This document shows, piece by piece, positions 1 through 14,245 of a stretch of DNA of 64,000 bases (positions are counted from its first letter, which is position 1; each line of letters begins with the position of its first letter). The position numbers and the translations under genes are program-made. Location: contig OZ024742.1 in assembly GCA_964016885.1 (NCBI GenBank), positions 307,024,001-307,088,000 of the forward strand, written 5' to 3'. This stretch comes from Eledone cirrhosa (lineage: Eukaryota). The notes beneath the pieces are model-generated. The model did not search any database. It saw only the letters and a list, made by a program, of their open reading frames with translations, and was not told where the DNA came from.

Positions 1-169
1 GACCGCTAATCAGGCAACAAGATGACATTAACTGAATATGTGTATGTGCTCTCTAAGTTTAGTTCTTTGTTTGCTATGTAATGTAATATATAATCTAGTT
101 TCGATTCTAATGAAAGAACATTAACTTTTTGCTTTTTTTAAATACGTTCTTGATAGTATTGTTTTAGAG

Positions 170-3100
170 CAAGGGTCGGCCACCTTTTGGAGAGAGAGGG
201 CCAAACACCTATGCAGTGTCATGGAGGAGGGCCATGTTATTAAATATGTAGATAAATTTTCTGGAGGTTTAAAGCAAAACAAAGAATTTAATATATTTTT
301 ATTTTAACAAGGCCCCTTTATTTTACTGCAGAAATAACAAAAAAAAAGAAAAAAAACTACAAACCCATTCAACAAAAAAAAAAAAAAGCAAATTCCTTAT
401 TTTACTGCAGGAATAACAGAAAAACAACTACTATCACAATCAACAAAAAAAAAGCAAATTCATTGCTACAAACGAAATACAGTTAGAAATGGTAAATGAT
501 TTAATGAGACACTTGTTTCTGCTTATTGTGCGATAACTTCTCCACATCAGGTGAAATATTTGTCGATGACAGGAGCAAAACATCATCCAGGTGGTCGTCA
601 CGCAACCTTGTTCTTAAATGACTTTTAGTATATTTCATTTTGGAAAAAAGTGGTTCACAAGCATATGTACTTCCAAATAATGATATCATCAGTTTCGCAT
701 TAGTCAAGATGTTTTTATATTTTCCGCTTGGCAATATAATTTCTTGTAGAAGTCAGCAGTGGATTCGAACTGAAATTTCGATTTCAAAGATTCGTCGCAC
801 TGTAAGTCAATTAACTCCAACTGATATTCTTCTGCCACTTGCTCCACATCTCTTTCGTAAGGAGTACCAAATAACTTAAATAGAGTTCCATATTGCCGGA
901 AGTCAGCAAAACAAGAGGAAAACTCGCTTCTCAAATCCTTAATAGAGCTCACAAAGATGTCTGGTATTATATCTCTCTTGTGATTTTGGAGACTTGGAAA
1001 ATGAGAGTAGTTTCCTTTTTGAAGTTGTGATACCCACAGTCGAAGTTTTCTCTCAAAAGCAGTAATTTGACCAAACATCTCAAATACAATTTTGTTCTTT
1101 CCTTGAAGCTCAAGATTCAAAGTGTTCATGTGGGTCGTGATGTCCACTAAAAAAGCTAACTTGACAACCCACTGTGAATCCTGAAAGTAAGAATTATCTT
1201 GATCTTTGCACTCTAAAAACATAAAAATCTCTTCTCTCAATGCATATACTCGTTCTATCATTTTTCCGCGGCTAAGCCATCGAACATTTGAAAATATGTA
1301 AGGTCGCCATACTCTGCTTCAATTTGTTTTAGAAATTCTTGAAACTGGCGGTGATTTAATCCTCTTGACGGTATAAAATTCACTGTTTTCACGACCACTG
1401 CCATGATGTCCTTAAAATTCAGTGACTTTGCACATAATGCTTCTTGATGAATAATGCAATGAAGTTTGATTAGTTTTTGATCAATACCGATGTGGTTTTG
1501 GAACAAGGCAACAAACCCCTTTTTCTCTCCAACCATTACTGGTGCTCCATCTGTGATTACTCCAGAAAGCTTTGATAAATCCAGATTCATTTCGGTAATC
1601 CATTTTATTATGCTTTCCAAAATATCTGCTCCAGTGCTAATGTCCTTCATAGGAATCAATTGTACAAATTCTTCCACAATATCAAATGTTGGTGTTACAC
1701 CCCTCACAAACACTGCAAGTTAACAAGTATCCTTCATATCTGTGGTTTCATCGATAGCAATGGAATAATACTCCAGATTATTTAAAATGCCATCCAAGCC
1801 ACTTCTGACATTTGCTGCCAGCTCTTCAATTCGCCTTGTTACTGTTCTTGCCGATAAGCTGATCACAGAAAATAATTCCCTTTTTTCTGGACAAACAACA
1901 TCTGCTACCTTCAACAATAATTCTTTGAAGAAATCTCCATCAGTAAAAGGTTTCATCCTTTCTGCAATTAGCTTTGACACCTCGTAGCTAGCACGAGTGT
2001 TGCGGTCACTTTCTTCAACTTTTCTAGTGAAAAAGGATGATTGCTTTTTTACATTATTTCTCAGCCGTGCAACTTCGTTTACTCGTGCTTTCCCAGTAAA
2101 ACTGTTGTAATGATTATGACGAGTTTCATAGTGCCGTTTAATATTTGAAACTTTCTTCACGGCAATGGTTTCATTACAAGTTAAGCAAACACATTTTCCG
2201 AAGTGCTCAATGAAAAAATAGCTAAGTGTCCAGCCATCGTTAAAAGCTCGGCACTCCAAATCCACTTTTCTTTTCTTAGCTTCCATGGGCTTGTTTTTGT
2301 TCAAACAAAAAAGATTTATGGACAGGAAAAATGAACAAAAAGTATAATAATCAGAATGAAGAAATAAGAAACAATGAAAACAAATGTAAATGCAAATACA
2401 GTAATGCGATAAAATATGATAATTGTGAATAAATTATATAAAACCAGGTTTCTAGCGATGTTGTTAGATCAGGGTTGCCATTTGTTTTTTTAAACCACTT
2501 TTGACCTAATTCTAATAATAATAATTCACACAATTTATCACAAATAATTAAATTATTATCGAATAAAGATACCTACTGTATAGTTGTTATACCACCAGAC
2601 AACAAACTCAAATGAAAATACTCTGGGGAGGAGGGAACGAAGTAATTTTTCCAAGGACAGCTTTACCTTGTGTCGGTGGGGGGGGGGGGGGGGGGGCACA
2701 GGTAAGGTCAGGCAAACGAAGACGACAATAATTCACGAGTGATTTTATTGAATGACAATATGGGTATAAAAGCGAGTCATGCGAACCGTAAGGTAGTATA
2801 CCTTCCAGTCGCTGACGAAAATGCATACTTCCAGCCAACATTTGTGTTTGTTGACTGGAACAAAAACACATACATGAAATCACAGGAAATAATAATACAC
2901 GTGATATAATGCTTGGCGGAAAGCCCAGAAAAAGATGGATGAGAGGAAATAATAATAAATGGAAAATATAATAAGGTTACAAAGGTATCTGTAAATATAT
3001 ACGGTATGAGCAGCGATTTGTGATGGGCATCAGGTCGGCACAACCTTGAAGTGAACTACTGTATCTGTATTCGATACTAATTAGATAATTAGTGTCCAGT

Positions 3101-3173
3101 GTAAGATGGCGGGCCGGACAAAAATAACTCGAGGGCCGGATGTGGCCCGCGGCCCGGGGGTTGCCGATCCCTG
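170..3173 (-). mobile_element. Full-length hAT DNA transposon (Buster/SPIN/Charlie-type)
   Basis: Imperfect 15-bp TIRs: CAAGGGTCGGCCACC (170-184) and GGTTGCCGATCCCTG (3159-3173). Exact 8-bp TSD TTTTAGAG at 162-169 and 3174-3181 (nnnTAnnn). GGGCC-rich subterminal motifs and an internal transposase. Confidence 0.95.
501..2286 (-). pseudogene. Frameshifted hAT transposase (GTF2IRD2/SPIN-like)
   Basis: Four consecutive ORFs (1720-2304, 1258-1713, 704-1261, 501-734). Motifs: BED-like CLTC..IKRHYETRH, YSIAIDETTD, ITDGAP, HCIIHQEALC, and the C-terminal dimerisation motif FGSTYACE.LFS.MK...RTRL.D. Three frame breaks. Confidence 0.93.
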
Positions 3174-4040
3174 TTTTAGAGTGACAGACTCAGCAGAAGA
3201 CCGACAAAATATCTGCGATATTTGACTGTAGTGTATTAGAGTGACAGATCGACTGAGAGCTGGACAAAATACCCTGCGATATTAGACAGTACTGTATTAG
3301 AGTAACAGGTCGACTGAGGGCCAGACAAAAAGGGTCTGCGGTATTTGACAGTAGGGTATTAGAGTGACAGATCAGCTGAAGTCGGACAGGAAAATCTGCG
3401 ATATTTGACAGTACTGTATTAGAGTGACAGATCAACTGAGAGCCGGATAAAAGGGTCTGTGGTATTTGATAGTACTGTAATAGAGTGACAGATCGACTGA
3501 GAACCGAACAAAAAGGTCTGACAGTACTTATGCTTGTTGGTGAATTCAGGCGCATGTGGATTAAATACATACAGCTATTTAATATGAATTATAAAAGTAA
3601 ATATGCACACACATGTACACCAGGTCCGAATACAGAGGAGCCGAACTCCCACTGTCATCGCCTCCGTCTCTCTCACCTTTCCCATCTCTCACTATTATGA
3701 GCTAATGGGGACCCACGCGCTGGCAGCCCCATGGCCCCGACGGACATAATAGAGACAGAATGAGAGATCGGCTGAGAGCCGGAAAAAAAGGTCTGCGGTA
3801 TTTGCCATACTGTATTAGAGTGACAGATCGGCTGAGAGCCGGACAAAAAGGTCAGCGATATCTCCCTGTACTGTATTAGAATGACAGAATCGCCGGTGAG
3901 CTGAACAAAAGCACTGCGATATTTGAGAGTACTTTATTAGAATGAGACAATCCGCAGAGAGCTGGACAAAAGCCCTGCCATATTTGACAGTACTGTATTA
4001 GAATGACAGAATCGACAGAGAGCCGTATAAAAAGCGCTGC
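3174..4040 (+). repeat. ~60-bp degenerate minisatellite, interrupted at about 3530-3755
   Basis: Unit approximates TTTGACAGTACTGTATTAGAGTGACAGATCGACTGAGAGCCGGACAAAA..CTGCGATA, roughly 11 copies in two blocks. Confidence 0.9.
3620..3750 (-). mobile_element. 3' end fragment of CRE-like non-LTR element
   Basis: Homologous to 5310-5440 and to the reverse complement of 10685-10802 (GAGCCGAACTCCCACTGTCATCG...ATGGGG.CCCAC). Confidence 0.7.
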
Positions 4041-4207
4041 AATATTATATTACTCCCGTTTACGTGTTAACTTCAAAGTTTTGTTGGAGTTGGTTTCGTC
4101 TTTCGTCGTACAGAGTTGATGAAAACAAGTATAGCAATGTTAATTTAATACGCTGCACATTTTCATTGCAAAATATTGGCATTGTGACAAAGATAAAAAT
4201 CAATATT

Positions 4208-4456
4208 GTCCTTTCTCTTTCTCGTTTCTCTCTATTTCTCTCCTTTTCCTCTCTCTCCTTTCCCTCTCTCTCTCCTTCTCACTCCTTTCTCTCTCTCTCT
4301 TTCTCTCTCTCTCTATATATATAGATATATAGATATTTTTCTCTCTCCCCTTCTCACTCCTTTCTCTCTCTCTCTCTCTTTCTCTCTCTCTATATATATA
4401 TAGATATATATATATCTTTCTCTCTCCCCTTCTCACTCCTTTCTCTCTCTCTCTCA
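4208..4456 (+). repeat. (CT)n/(TA)n compound repeat with internal tandem duplication
   Basis: CCTTCTCACTCCTTTCTCTCTC...TATATAGATATA block repeated three times. Confidence 0.85.
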
Positions 4457-4955
4457 CTTTTGTCTATTCTACCGCTACTACAATGAACACTGCACTTCTG
4501 AACAAGTTAGTTTCTTCGTACCACTTCAGTCTATAGCTATATGACACAATCGTTTCTCTTCCTCACGTCAGTGTCTCAACCCCACAACCAAACTAACACT
4601 TTTCTCTTCAATTAAGCCTCCCCAGAACGTAATTCTTCTGGAATTTCATCTCATAGAAAATATTTGTATCTTTTTTCTTTTCATTTTATCTTTTATTTTG
4701 TTTTATTTTTTGTTCAAAACATAATTGATGTAACTATATTGTCATGACAGCTTAAGTTAGACTGGCATATAGAAATTAAAAATACAGAAAATTTTCAAGA
4801 TTTTACATTTATATTATATTGATCTAAAAGATTGTTTTTGAGCATTGGTTATTTACATAGATATAATTACATTAGCATGATTATAATCAAAATATTAGTT
4901 AAAAGAAAGAAAAAGTAAATACTTATTTATTTTTAGAAACGTTGAACGGATACGT

Positions 4956-5129
4956 ATTTATTGAAAATTAACCTAGAGTTAAAAGTTTCAATGCTGTCTA
5001 CTTTTGTGTTCAATCTCTACATCTCTTTTTTCCGTCCAGGCGCTTTTATGCCCAATTTGTTAGACCATTTTCCATAAACAAAAAATACGTGCGTTAAAGC
5101 TTCTAACTCTAGGTTAATTTTCAATAAAT
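4956..5129. mobile_element. Short fold-back element / candidate MITE
   Basis: TTTATTGAAAATTAACCTAGAGTTA (4956) is the reverse complement of TAACTCTAGGTTAATTTTCAATAAA (ending 5129); arms extend imperfectly to about 38 bp. Confidence 0.6.
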
Positions 5130-5299
5130 ATAAAGTAAATATTTATGTTTACACGCTGCAAAATATCCTTGAAATTTCATATAGTAATGTCTCTTTATAT
5201 CAAATCTATCCGAAATAAAGTTTTGTTTTTTTTTTGTTTTCTTTTGTCCTGTTATTCTTTAAATGATTCAATCATGAAATATATCACATGATCCACATG

Positions 5300-5600
5300 A
5301 CAGGTGCAATGTGTCCGAAGACGGATGAGCCGAACTCCCACTGTCATCGTCTCTATCTCTCTCGCCCTCTCTATCTCCCTGTATTATGAGCAAATGGGGT
5401 CCCACATGCTGGCCGCCCCACAACCCCGGCGGACAGAATGGAGAAGGCGTTTCCCCGGAGGATGGTAAGGAAGATGCGCTGGAAGAGCCATTCCATCTCG
5501 CGAGGCTCACGCATGCGACTGGCCAGCTAAGTGCCTATGGTGGTAAGTAGGGAGGTAGCCCTAGGGCCAAGGACACCAGAAGTCTCAAATGCCACTGCAA
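5300..5600 (-). mobile_element. CRE-like non-LTR retrotransposon 3' fragment (RLE C-terminus plus 3'UTR)
   Basis: Nucleotide homologue of 5915-6105, continuing into the 3'UTR shared with 3620 and 10685. Confidence 0.75.
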
Positions 5601-5910
5601 CTCAGCTGGTGCATTAGATTAAAGGGATGTAGTACTTGTTTTGTTCCAAACGAGGCTCTAATAGAAGACACTTGTAAAAAGAACCACACAGTGAGATTGA
5701 ACCCAAAATCGAATGGTTGTGATACCAGCTCCCTAATGACACACCCACGCCAATACATTTGTATTCTTCTCTGTGATTAGTGATGTTACGAAGAATATAC
5801 ATTCCTCTCATTGGTCAGATACTATCTTAACACTATGCAACCTGCTCCATCAAATCATCATCACCATGAAACAAATGGCAGGTTGACTGATAAAATGACA
5901 AGTCAGTCAA

Positions 5911-6310
5911 TCATATTGGTGGCCTCCTCACAGCCCCGGCGGACAGAATGGAGTAGGCGTTTCCCCGAGGGACGGCAAGGGAGACGCGCTGGAAGAGCCA
6001 TTCCAGCTCGCGAGGCTTACACCTGCGGCTGGCCAGCTCAGCGCCTGTGGTGGTGAGTAGGGAGGTAACCCTAGGGCAGAGGACACCAGAAGTCTCCACT
6101 GCCAAGGGTACGACCGCAAACCTGTCGGAAACCTGACCGCAAACCTGTCGGTGTTTGGAGAGTTTGGCCTTCTCAACCCGACGTGCAGCAGAACCTGGGT
6201 TAGTCGCAGACTGCACCAGACTGCACCAGACTGCACCAGGTTGCGGCTGGAGAAAGTGTCGGTTCAAGTGGCATCCCAGACAAGGGGTTTTCCACCGCGG
6301 AACGGGAAGA
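5911..6310 (-). pseudogene. CRE-like non-LTR retrotransposon restriction-like endonuclease fragment
   Basis: ORF 5911-6267 reads NPGSAARRVEKAKLSKH..VPLAVETSG..WLFQRVSLAVPRGNAYSIL, the C-terminal signature of CRE-clade RLE elements. Confidence 0.8.
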
Positions 6311-7259
6311 TAGTTTGATATAGCCGCTGGTCAGCTCTGATTAAGCAGACATAGAATTAAACCATTCTTGCTATAAACATCCCATCAGACAATGTATCGT
6401 AAAATACATTATCAAATTTGTCCTATTTATTTAAATAATAAATAGTGATATGTGAAGAATTACGCTGTTATTTCTAGCAAGTAAAATGACAACTTAGTGA
6501 GACTCTTGATTATTTTCTGCGAGTTTATTGCCGTTGCTTAACCACTCATCGGCCCAGATCTAGAATACATAATTCAGAGTATCGTAGCCATTATCGACCC
6601 AACTTTCAAACAATTTATCTAGGACTACGATAGCCGATGTGTCCGCACGTGGGCAAATGTCATTTGCTATAATCTCAGTTCGATCCATGCCTTGTGAGGC
6701 TCATCAGATGAACTGTATCTGTAAATCCAAAGTTCAGTATAGTCATAGACTTTGTTTCGCTGGATTTCCCTGGAAATTACGTTGATGGCAAACATTTCTG
6801 TGGAATGCTCAGCTATTTTCAGGCAAATTTCATGAGCAGGCTGTTCAGTTAGACAGACCATTGGAACACTCATGGTCGAAACCAACGAGGGTAATTCCAT
6901 TATATCAATGTCCGTTAAAGTTTATTCTATTAGACAAAGTACAAGTCTATGTTGTGATTCGATATGCTAGAAATAACAGCCAGGTAAACCTCAGACTACG
7001 CTCTACCGTCTTAAAATGTAAAGGGTATAGTTTTATATTATATTCCTAAATAGAAAATAAAGGTTGAGTTCATGATGAATAGAAAATCTTTGGTTATAGG
7101 GAAAGTGTTTGGAAGCCCGTCGGATGAAATGTACTTGTAATTCAAAGGGCTGCCTAGCCCTGTCAAGCACTGTCGTGCTGGATTGTATTTAATTTTAGAT
7201 CTTCTGGATCAAAGCTAACTAGCCCCAAATTGTTGGCATTGTACCTTGCTACAAACCAT

Positions 7260-7648
7260 TGGATTGGCAGTATCGGTAGATGGTCGGACGCCATGCTTTG
7301 ACGCATAGAGTTACGGCCCTTGCCATTCTGACTTCAAATCCCGCCGAGGTTAACTTTGCCTTTCATCCTTACAGGGTCGATAAAATAAAGTACCAGTAAT
7401 GCACTGGGTAATTGCTGGCCTTGTGCCAAAAAGTAGAAACAATTATTACCACCAGGGCGGTGGATTGGCAGTATCAGTAGAGGGTCGGACGCCATGCTTT
7501 GTAGCATAGAGTTACGCCCCTTTACGGTCTGAGTTCAAATCCCGCCGAGGTTAACTTTACCTTTCATCCTTAAGGGGTCGAGAAAATAAAGGACCAGTAA
7601 TGCACTGGGATAATTGCTGGCCTTGTGTCAAAAGTAGAAACAATTGTT
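7260..7648 (+). mobile_element. Tandem pair of tRNA-derived SINE family A (~190 bp each)
   Basis: A-box-like TGGCAGTATCGG, B-box GAGTTCAAATCCC, central GCCTTTCATCCTTACGGGGTCGATAAAATAAAGTACCAG (resembles the Nin/Deu-type domain), tail AGTAGAAACAATT. Confidence 0.9.
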
Positions 7649-8392
7649 ACCACCAATACCACCACCACCACCACTACTACTACTACTACTACTGATGATG
7701 ATGATGATGATGACGATGATGATGATGAGAATCCGGCAGCTGCTGCTGCTGCTAAACTACAAATATTGTCACTACTAATACGTTTACTACTAAAATAACA
7801 AGAATTACTGCTACTATTACTACACTACAGCTACACTAAAGCAACAATAACAAATACTACTACTGCAGTACATACAACAACAACTACTACTAAGATCACT
7901 ACCACGGCGACTTCTAAAACAACAACTACTACTACTATCGGTGTCTTTTATTCTATACAATTTCAAAATATTTTCTTCCTTTATACAAAACTTATACAGG
8001 TGTCGGTAAATGGACTTGTCTGGTGTCTGTAAACCTCATATATGTGCTGCTTCTTCGTTTAGTTTTTCTCTTCTATGCAGAAGGAGACTGAAATATATGT
8101 CATGTGAAGCATCAAACCTAGAAGACAATTCTGCGAGAAATTTCATATACTTGTATAAAATGTCAAGTTAGCAACATAGTAACTTAGCAAGGTGAACAAA
8201 CGTTACTCCACCGTTACCACTATGGCAAATAAGCCAACAACATCGACCCAGCATTAGCATCTGGAAACACCACACGTATATGAATGCTCACACTCACACT
8301 TATATACACTCACTTATACACTCACACCTATATATACACATTCAGGAAATTGTCCCAACAACATTTGCTGCTTATATATGCATATATAAATG

Positions 8393-8440
<48 letters not shown>

Positions 8441-8499
8441 GAAGTTCTATTTAAATTGTTGGGATACAAGAAGCAAATATTTTTATAACTGATATAAAA

Positions 8500-9449
<950 letters not shown>

Positions 9450-10344
9450 TATATATATATATTAGGAATTATTTCATACAAATGAAGCTGTTTTAGTCCT
9501 CTAAGAGTCATTTCTACATGTATCTATATGTATATAGATATATGTAGAAATGACTCTTATACACAAACACAAACATATATATATATATGTGTGTGTGTTT
9601 GTGCATATGTGTGTGTGTGTATGTGTAGTCACCAGTAACTATACAACTCCTTACTGCTTGTTGTGTGTGCATTTTGGCTGCTATTTCTAGCAAGTAAAAT
9701 GACCACTAAGATGCCAATTTCTGTTTAATAAGATTGAAAACCTCAACAGATTCGTAAGATGTGCTGAAGTAAATTCCTTCGTGTATTTTAGCCCAGAACG
9801 TTATATGACATACAACCTTATGACACATCTCATAGCTGAGTTCCTTTATCTGATAGATATATCATCCATTAGATCTTTTATCAAATAGATTCTGTATATT
9901 ATAGATGTTTTATGAATGACTTCTTGGATAACTTCAAAACACTTTAATTAGTGAATGATCTAATAATATACTTCTAGGAAGCAACTTTTATAGTGTTTAG
10001 AGTAATGGACTTGGTGCTGTGTAAAATCAGTTTTTATGAGTAAACAAACACCCTGTTTGATTAACGTTTAGTAGAGGCAATATAATTGTAGAAATCATTT
10101 ACAAAAGGCGGGCTAGATTGCTATAATCCATAGAACGATGGATAAAAGTGGCTTCCGTTATTTAGTTACGTTAATTTACCTTCTAATTTCAAATCCCATT
10201 TGGATCAATTTAAACTCTTTCAACTACAGCCTTACTACTGTGGTCGATAAAATAAAGTATAGATAAAGTACTTGTTCCGTGTAATCAAATATTACAGCCC
10301 CCTCATCTCTTTCCCTTGTTGAAGGCCTCGTGTTTACGTCACGA

Positions 10345-10680
10345 GGCGGCATGGTCGAATGGTTAAGGAGTTCGATTCGCATGCATTATGTCCCGGATTC
10401 GTTCCTACTTCGCGGCATCTTACGCAAATATCATATACCATAGCCTCAGGTCGACCCATATACCATAGCCTCAGGTCGACCCATATACCATAGCCTCAGG
10501 TCGACCCATATACCATAGCCTCAGGTCGACCCATATACCATAGCCTCAGGTCGACCCATATACCATAGCCTCAGGTCGACCCATATACCATAGCCTCAGG
10601 TCGACCCATATACCATAGCCTCAGGTCGACCCATGGCTTGCAAGAGAAAATGTGTAAACGGAAACTGTTTGGAATCCCAT
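10345..10680 (+). mobile_element. tRNA-derived SINE (group B) with an internal 25-bp tandem expansion
   Basis: GGCGGCATGGTCGAATGGTTAAG...GGATTCGTTCC head and GTAAACGGAAACTG tail. Confidence 0.65.
10433..10634 (+). repeat. Perfect 25-bp tandem repeat, about 8 copies
   Basis: TCAGGTCGACCCATATACCATAGCC repeated head-to-tail with no spacers. Confidence 0.97.
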
Positions 10681-10684
10681 CAGA

Positions 10685-10802
10685 TCCGCCTGGGTTGTGG
10701 TGAGGCCAGCACGTGGGACCCCATTTGCTCACCAGAGAGATAGGGAGGGCGAGAGAGATGGAGGCGATGACAGTGAGAGTTCGGCTCTTCCACGTTCGGA
10801 CC
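10685..10802 (+). mobile_element. CRE-like 3'UTR fragment
   Basis: Reverse-complement homologue of 5310-5435. Confidence 0.65.
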
Positions 10803-11366
10803 ATATCCTTGTGGTTGTGTTTAGAAATAATTCTATACTAAGAACGTGTGTTAATACTGCTACTGCTGCTGTTACTGTCACTTATTTGTCAGTATTTCAG
10901 TTTGTGTTCTCATTGCCAGACACAACAGGTGATTGTAGTTGACCAGCTAACTCATCTGCTCATACTACTACCACTACCACTAGAATGTGCCTGTAATTCA
11001 AAAGTCCAGCTTTGTTACACTCTGTGTCATGCTGAATCTCCATGAAATTAGCATTAAGGGCACACGTTTCTGTGGAATGCTCATTCTCAAAGCGTCGGAG
11101 ACCAATTCCATTCCAATTTCACGTTTGTAATCTTTATACGTATATTTGACATATTTACATCTAACCACCCAATGTGTGTATTTATATGAACATTTATGCA
11201 TTCTCGGTTACCCCTATTCTGTATATATACACAGATATAGCTTTATCTTATACTTCTGCTATTTAGTCCCTACTTTAATGTATACCTTACATAACTAGAA
11301 TCATAGGCACTAATAATATGCTAATCAGTACGTCCATTTAAACCGACTATTATAAATTATTGGGTA

Positions 11367-11762
11367 GGGCCGTGGATTGGCAGTATCAGAAGAGGGTCGG
11401 ACGCCATGCTTTGCAGTATAGAGTTACGGCCAGAGCTCAAATCCCGCCGAGGTTAACTTTGCCTTTCATCCTTACGGGGTCGATAAAATAAAGTACCAGT
11501 CACACACTGGGGTCGATTTAATCGACTTCCCCCTCCCCAAAAATGTCTGGCCTTGTGCCTATATAAGAAAGCATTATAAGGTGGATTGGCAGTATCGGTA
11601 GAGAGTCGGACGCCATGCTTTCCAGCATAGTTACGTCCCTCTACGGTCTGAGTTCAAATCCCGCCGAGGTTCACTTTGCCTTTCATCCTTACGGGCCGAT
11701 AAAAAAGTACCAGTAATGCACTGGGTAATTGCTGGCCTTGTGCCAAAAGTAGAAACAATTAT
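11367..11762 (+). mobile_element. Tandem pair of SINE family A (first copy has an alternative tail)
   Basis: Same head and central domain as 7260. The first copy ends CTGGGGTCGATTTAATCGAC...CTTGTGCCTATATAAGAAA. Confidence 0.88.
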
Positions 11763-11984
11763 CAATTATTGGGTATATAAGACCCTCGATTACAATTTGT
11801 CTTCTAGTTATTTAGATAATATACACACCTCCTCATGGATACCCCACTGGGCTTGCAAAACGGTTATGGTATTAATCTTCTTTTTGTTTTCATTTTTACA
11901 CGGGGTTACGTATATTTGATTTGTTTACATGTCTACACGTTTCCGCAATCTCGGTTACCTCTACCAAAATATAACTTTATCATG

Positions 11985-12073
<89 letters not shown>

Positions 12074-12081
<8 letters not shown>

Positions 12082-12285
12082 GTGAGGTTTTTTTTTACAA
12101 AATGAAAAATAACCGAGGTGTCCTACACGAGTGAAAGTATAAAGAAAAAAAGATTGAAATCGAAAATGCAACTGGAGTCTTATTTTTAAAAAAAATATAT
12201 ATATTTATTTGGTTCCTTTACCGGTTTCGCAGTTCTTCTGCTTTTCAAAAGTAGAGTTAAGATGGAGGGTCTGTGGTTTTTCCCA
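12074..12285 (-). mobile_element. Putative Penelope-like terminal-repeat fragment, homologous to 38997-39312
   Basis: Near-identical to 38997-39180 and abuts (TA)n. Minus strand has a variant hammerhead motif ctt-TTGAAAA-gcag/ctgc-GAAA-CCGG-TA-aag. Confidence 0.65.
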
Positions 12286-12517
12286 CATATATATATATAT
12301 ATATTACGTTATTCCGGGTTGAATCGGAGGTAACCACAGGACTAGAACTGTTTCATTCTAAAGAATGAATCAGTTCTAATCCTGTAGAATCTCATCTATA
12401 TTAAAACTATATATATATATATATATATAATAAAAAATTGAACAGGGACAGAACAGAGAGGCAGTACGACAAATGTTTATTAGATTCACGCTCAGGAGAG
12501 TGGGGGGTAGGTGGAGG

Positions 12518-12549
12518 ACGACGTTTCGGGCATAAGCCCTTCTTCAGGT
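12518..12549 (-). ncRNA. Minimal type I hammerhead ribozyme motif
   Basis: Minus strand: ac-CUGAAGA-a-GGGC uuau GCCC-GAAA-CG-UC^gu. Intact core, 4-bp stem II, palindromic ACGU stem III, GUC cleavage triplet. Confidence 0.8.
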
Positions 12550-13345
12550 AAGAGTTCAAAAGGTGTGTAGGGGAGTGGTGGAGAGACATATAGCGAAAGG
12601 AAACGGTGCGAATGAAAAATTAACAAATAAAGACAAAAATATAATAAATAATAAATAAAAATAAAGCATGATCAAAAAACAAGGAATGAGAACATTTAAA
12701 AATAAAGGCATGATCAAAATAAACTGAAATTAAAAGGGGGGTAAACAGGTGGTGGAAGGGTGTAGGGTGAGTAGAGGTGGAGGCGGGTGGAGTGGGGAGA
12801 GGGAGACGGGGTGTCCGAGCGAGGAGGGCTGAAGGTGGTGTGTGTGGTTAGGTGTGCGTGTGTGTGTGTGTGTGTGTGTATGTGAAAGTGAGGGTTGGGG
12901 GAAGAACGGGGTTGCATGTTCAGGAAGGTGTGTGTGGGGGGTGTTTTTGTGTGTCGGAGGGTCTGTGCGTGTGTGGATAGGGGGTGGGGGGAGAGGAATC
13001 AGGGGGCTGAGGGTGTAAATATGTGGTGGGAAGCACGTGTGTGTGGTTGTGGGTGGCGTGTGGATAAAAAAATTTGTTTTGGGATGTGTGTGTGGGTGAG
13101 TTATATAGGTGATGGTGTTAGAGGATGGTTGAAAAGTGGTAAGTTACACGGATGTATGGAGATTTTGGTTGAAAGTCAAAACGCGTGTGGGTAATCCAAG
13201 AAGCGGTGGTCGGAAGAGGAGAGAATATATATATACAGAGTGAGAGAGGGGGGAGAGACAGGCAGATAGACCGAGAGAGAGTCCAGGAACAAACAAGACA
13301 AACGCAGTGATGCAAAAATACGAAAATACAAACTTTTTTAGGTTA

Positions 13346-13386
<41 letters not shown>

Positions 13387-13410
13387 AATGTGTATATATA
13401 TATATATACA

Positions 13411-13479
<69 letters not shown>

Positions 13480-13481
13480 CA

Positions 13482-13523
<42 letters not shown>

Positions 13524-13726
13524 TACCAATTTCAAATTCCACTCACAGTGCATTAATTAAACCGTGGATATAGCAGAAGACACCTGCCTAAGGTGCATAG
13601 CGAGACTGAACCCAGAACCACTTGGCTGTGAGGCGAACTCCTTAACCACACATGATGCTTATATATTCACACACTCTCACACACACATACACATGCCCAC
13701 ATATATATACACACACAAACACACAA

Positions 13727-13774
<48 letters not shown>

Positions 13775-13994
13775 TAAATATACACATTACATATATACAT
13801 ACGCACACACATACACATATATATACCCACACACATGCATACACATGCACACATATATATGTACACACACAAACACACATACATATATATATACATATAT
13901 ATATATATGCACACTCATACATGTGAGTATTATATATATACGTACATACATACACACACACATACATGCGCGTATATATATACATGAAAAACAT

Positions 13995-14078
13995 AGCTTC
14001 GATGTATGACAATGTACTGCCTCTTCGCTTCCACGTTTTTTATTGTTTTCTGTTTACTTTAAAAAGAAATACAGACAC

Positions 14079-14169
<91 letters not shown>

Positions 14170-14245
14170 ATATTGCGACAGTATACAGAAAACAAAAAAA
14201 CGTGGAAGCGAAGAGGCTGTACAATGTCGTACATCTAAGCTAAGT
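13995..14245. repeat. Inverted ~65-bp arms around a (GT)n tract
   Basis: GCCTCTTCGCTTCCACGTTTTT..TGTTTTCTGT versus ACAGAAAACA..AAAAACGTGGAAGCGAAGAGGC. Confidence 0.85.

Noticed and set aside
6667-6900. 77-aa ORF with a plausible splice acceptor, plus a CTGATGA-GCC/GGC string
   Set aside because: The DNA is a decayed copy of the SINE tail also at 10990-11085 and 34045-34140 (AGCATTCCACAGA..). No GAAA follows the stem, so it is not a hammerhead.
7455-7545. tRNA genes in SINE heads
   Set aside because: A and B boxes are present but I could not fold a cloverleaf, and they always continue into SINE body.
10433-10634. CRISPR-like array
   Set aside because: No spacers, eukaryotic context, no cas genes; a plain tandem repeat. 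The same applies to 56137-56391.
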